Of a DNA stretch of 64,000 bases, positions 62,121 through 64,000 are shown one piece after another. The first letter of the stretch is position 1. Every line of letters starts with the position of its first letter. Under the pieces are notes generated by a model. The model was not told where the DNA came from, ran no database searches, and was given only the letters and a program-made list of their open reading frames with translations. The stretch comes from Phoronis australis (lineage: Eukaryota; Animalia; Phoronida), in the NCBI GenBank assembly GCA_002633005.1, contig NMRA01000006.1:1587742-1651741 (forward strand). Direction: 5' to 3'. The position numbers were made by a program, and so were the translations under genes.

Positions 62121-63127
62121 CTGTTGTCGCTAAGGTTGCTGTGAATGTCTGCAATTTTTCTAAACCTTGTGCCTTGGTAGCCATGGTTTTGAACTTAAAA
62201 ATGACGAAGCATTTATTTGTTGCTACTTGTCTTGAACATGGGATTTCTCTTGTTTGCCAAACAATGTGAGATTTTACCACGCCACCTTGTAGTGGCTTTC
62301 AGGAATGGTCCTCATGAAGTGCCCAGGAGTCAAGTGTTCCATTGCATAACACAGAGACTGTGGCATAAACACATTGAGAACTCAACTCTTCATTCATCTC
62401 AATAAGTAAGCTGATGAATGCTGGTGTATTCTGACAGTGCATACTTGAAATACCCCATGAGGACTCCTGGGAGATGAGCCCTGTGATAGGTCATTGTCAT
62501 CTTTATTGCCCATTGTGGATAGGTTGAATGACTTCTGACTATATGACTATGACTGCTGTTGAATGAACTACCATGACCCAGTCCCAATGGGGTTGTCACT
62601 GGGCTTGATTTGATATGGGTTACTAGAGGGAGGGGGAGCTAAATAAAGGCCCATGGACCGTTAATTAATGTTTTCCACGGTTTGTTGTTTCCTAAAAGGA
62701 ACAGTGTCCGCGAGTGTCAACGAAAGCAAATCTTTATGAGAAACAGTACAGAGTTTGTTACAGCATTTTCTAGTTACATATGAGTAACGTAAACCTAACT
62801 GGTACACATACTATGGATGTTGCTGTCCGTGGTGTCAGTGGGTGACCGTTTGAATCTCGCCTACCAGTATGATAGATTTGGAGTGCAGGTGCTCATACAG
62901 GATTTCAAAAATTGGTCATTGAAAATAGGTTTCCCCGATTTCTGTGGGAAACCATTGTCAGTAGCACCTGACTGCTGGTTGTATGATCCCATGCCAAAAC
63001 TGTTGTTACAGTTTTGTATGGTACATGTGTCTACATTACAGTTTATCCCATATTACATCATATCTTGACTTATGTTTTATGTTGTTAGCATGTTACTTAA
63101 CTTTACTTCACCGATTACCGTCCTCAT

Positions 63128-63350
63128 CTGGGCTTGGAATTTCCATCTTTTTTAGTTTCAATTTCCTCTTACTTGATTTCTAGTTCCTTCTTTTTTGTCC
63201 TTTTGTATCGTTATTTTGACCATATTCGTGCAAAAATGTTTACTTCACTTAAATTTTACAACACAATTTTTTTGTTTCACACAAGGGTATTTATTTATTT
63301 ATTTCACCTGGAAAATTTTCCTTTTTTGTCATTGGTCATTCCAAGCCCTG
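63128..63350. mobile_element. Short relative of the hAT-like MITE at 1177-1673
   Basis: ctgggcttggaattt ... ttttttgtcattggtcattccaagccctg; terminal ~29 nt identical to copy 1. Confidence 0.7.
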
Positions 63351-64000
63351 CCTGATGCTGAACCTGGTGTTCTGGTTAAGGTGTCTTAATTTGAGTGGGA
63401 TTTCCATTTGGTTGCCTTGGACACTTGCTAAGTGAAGGCCTTGTTGGAACTTGGAGGATGTGATGAAGTTCAGCAAGCTGTTCAGGACCAGATTCCAATA
63501 ATCACTGTAAACTTCCGGCAATAACTGTTTGACTGTTGGTCACAGTTTATGTTTTTAAAGACAAGTTTCATTCCATGGAATATTGGCGCGTGTTTACAAT
63601 TAGTCAAATATGAACATTAGGACAAACCCAAAACACCAGGAAGCGTTAGCAATTCAGTCTTTATTTCAATGTCTTGCTGAAGATTGATTTCTTTTCTCTT
63701 TATGAACTTCTGTGTAGTATTATGTTTGATTTAACACCTTCCCCGCAGGGGTTCATTCTGGGTTTTAGGAATTGGGCGTCAAAAATGGGTTTGCCAAAGT
63801 TTCAGGATGTTTATGACCAATGACTTGTGACTGCAGTTGAATACCACTCTAGGTCAGATTACTGTTATAGTGCGGCATGTTTCCTGTGAAATTGTGCCAT
63901 TTGCCCAAATAATGTTCTTCGGACACGGTGGTCGATTTTGAAAAATTGACCAGTTCATGGTTTCATAAGAAGGGAGCTTTTGCATTAGTAATTGTCAACC

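Overview
AT-rich, intron-containing animal (probably invertebrate) genomic DNA; no prokaryotic features. Nearly all ORFs in the supplied track are spurious, and the real genes were rebuilt by hand from GT-AG exons. (1) Last four coding exons of isovaleryl-CoA dehydrogenase (IVD, +, 397-4822). (2) A tRNA-Ser(UCN) cluster over about 7.2-22.7 kb with five intact genes (TGA x2, AGA x2, CGA x1), one variant CGA gene and several decayed copies. (3) A 12-exon minus-strand secreted astacin metalloprotease (signal peptide, prodomain, astacin, EGF, CUB; about 501 aa; 34546 to 21114). (4) The first two coding exons of scribble (+, from 51510), whose intron 2 appears to run past the window end. The rest holds MITEs (one nested), two LINE 3' fragments, mini- and microsatellites and a degenerate Penelope-type hammerhead ribozyme motif. 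I found no clearly new system. The best leads are the tRNA-Ser birth-and-death cluster with mosaic isoacceptors, the hammerhead relic, a minisatellite covering the IVD branch-point region, and an astacin prodomain lacking the aspartate switch. All calls are by eye; no searches were run.
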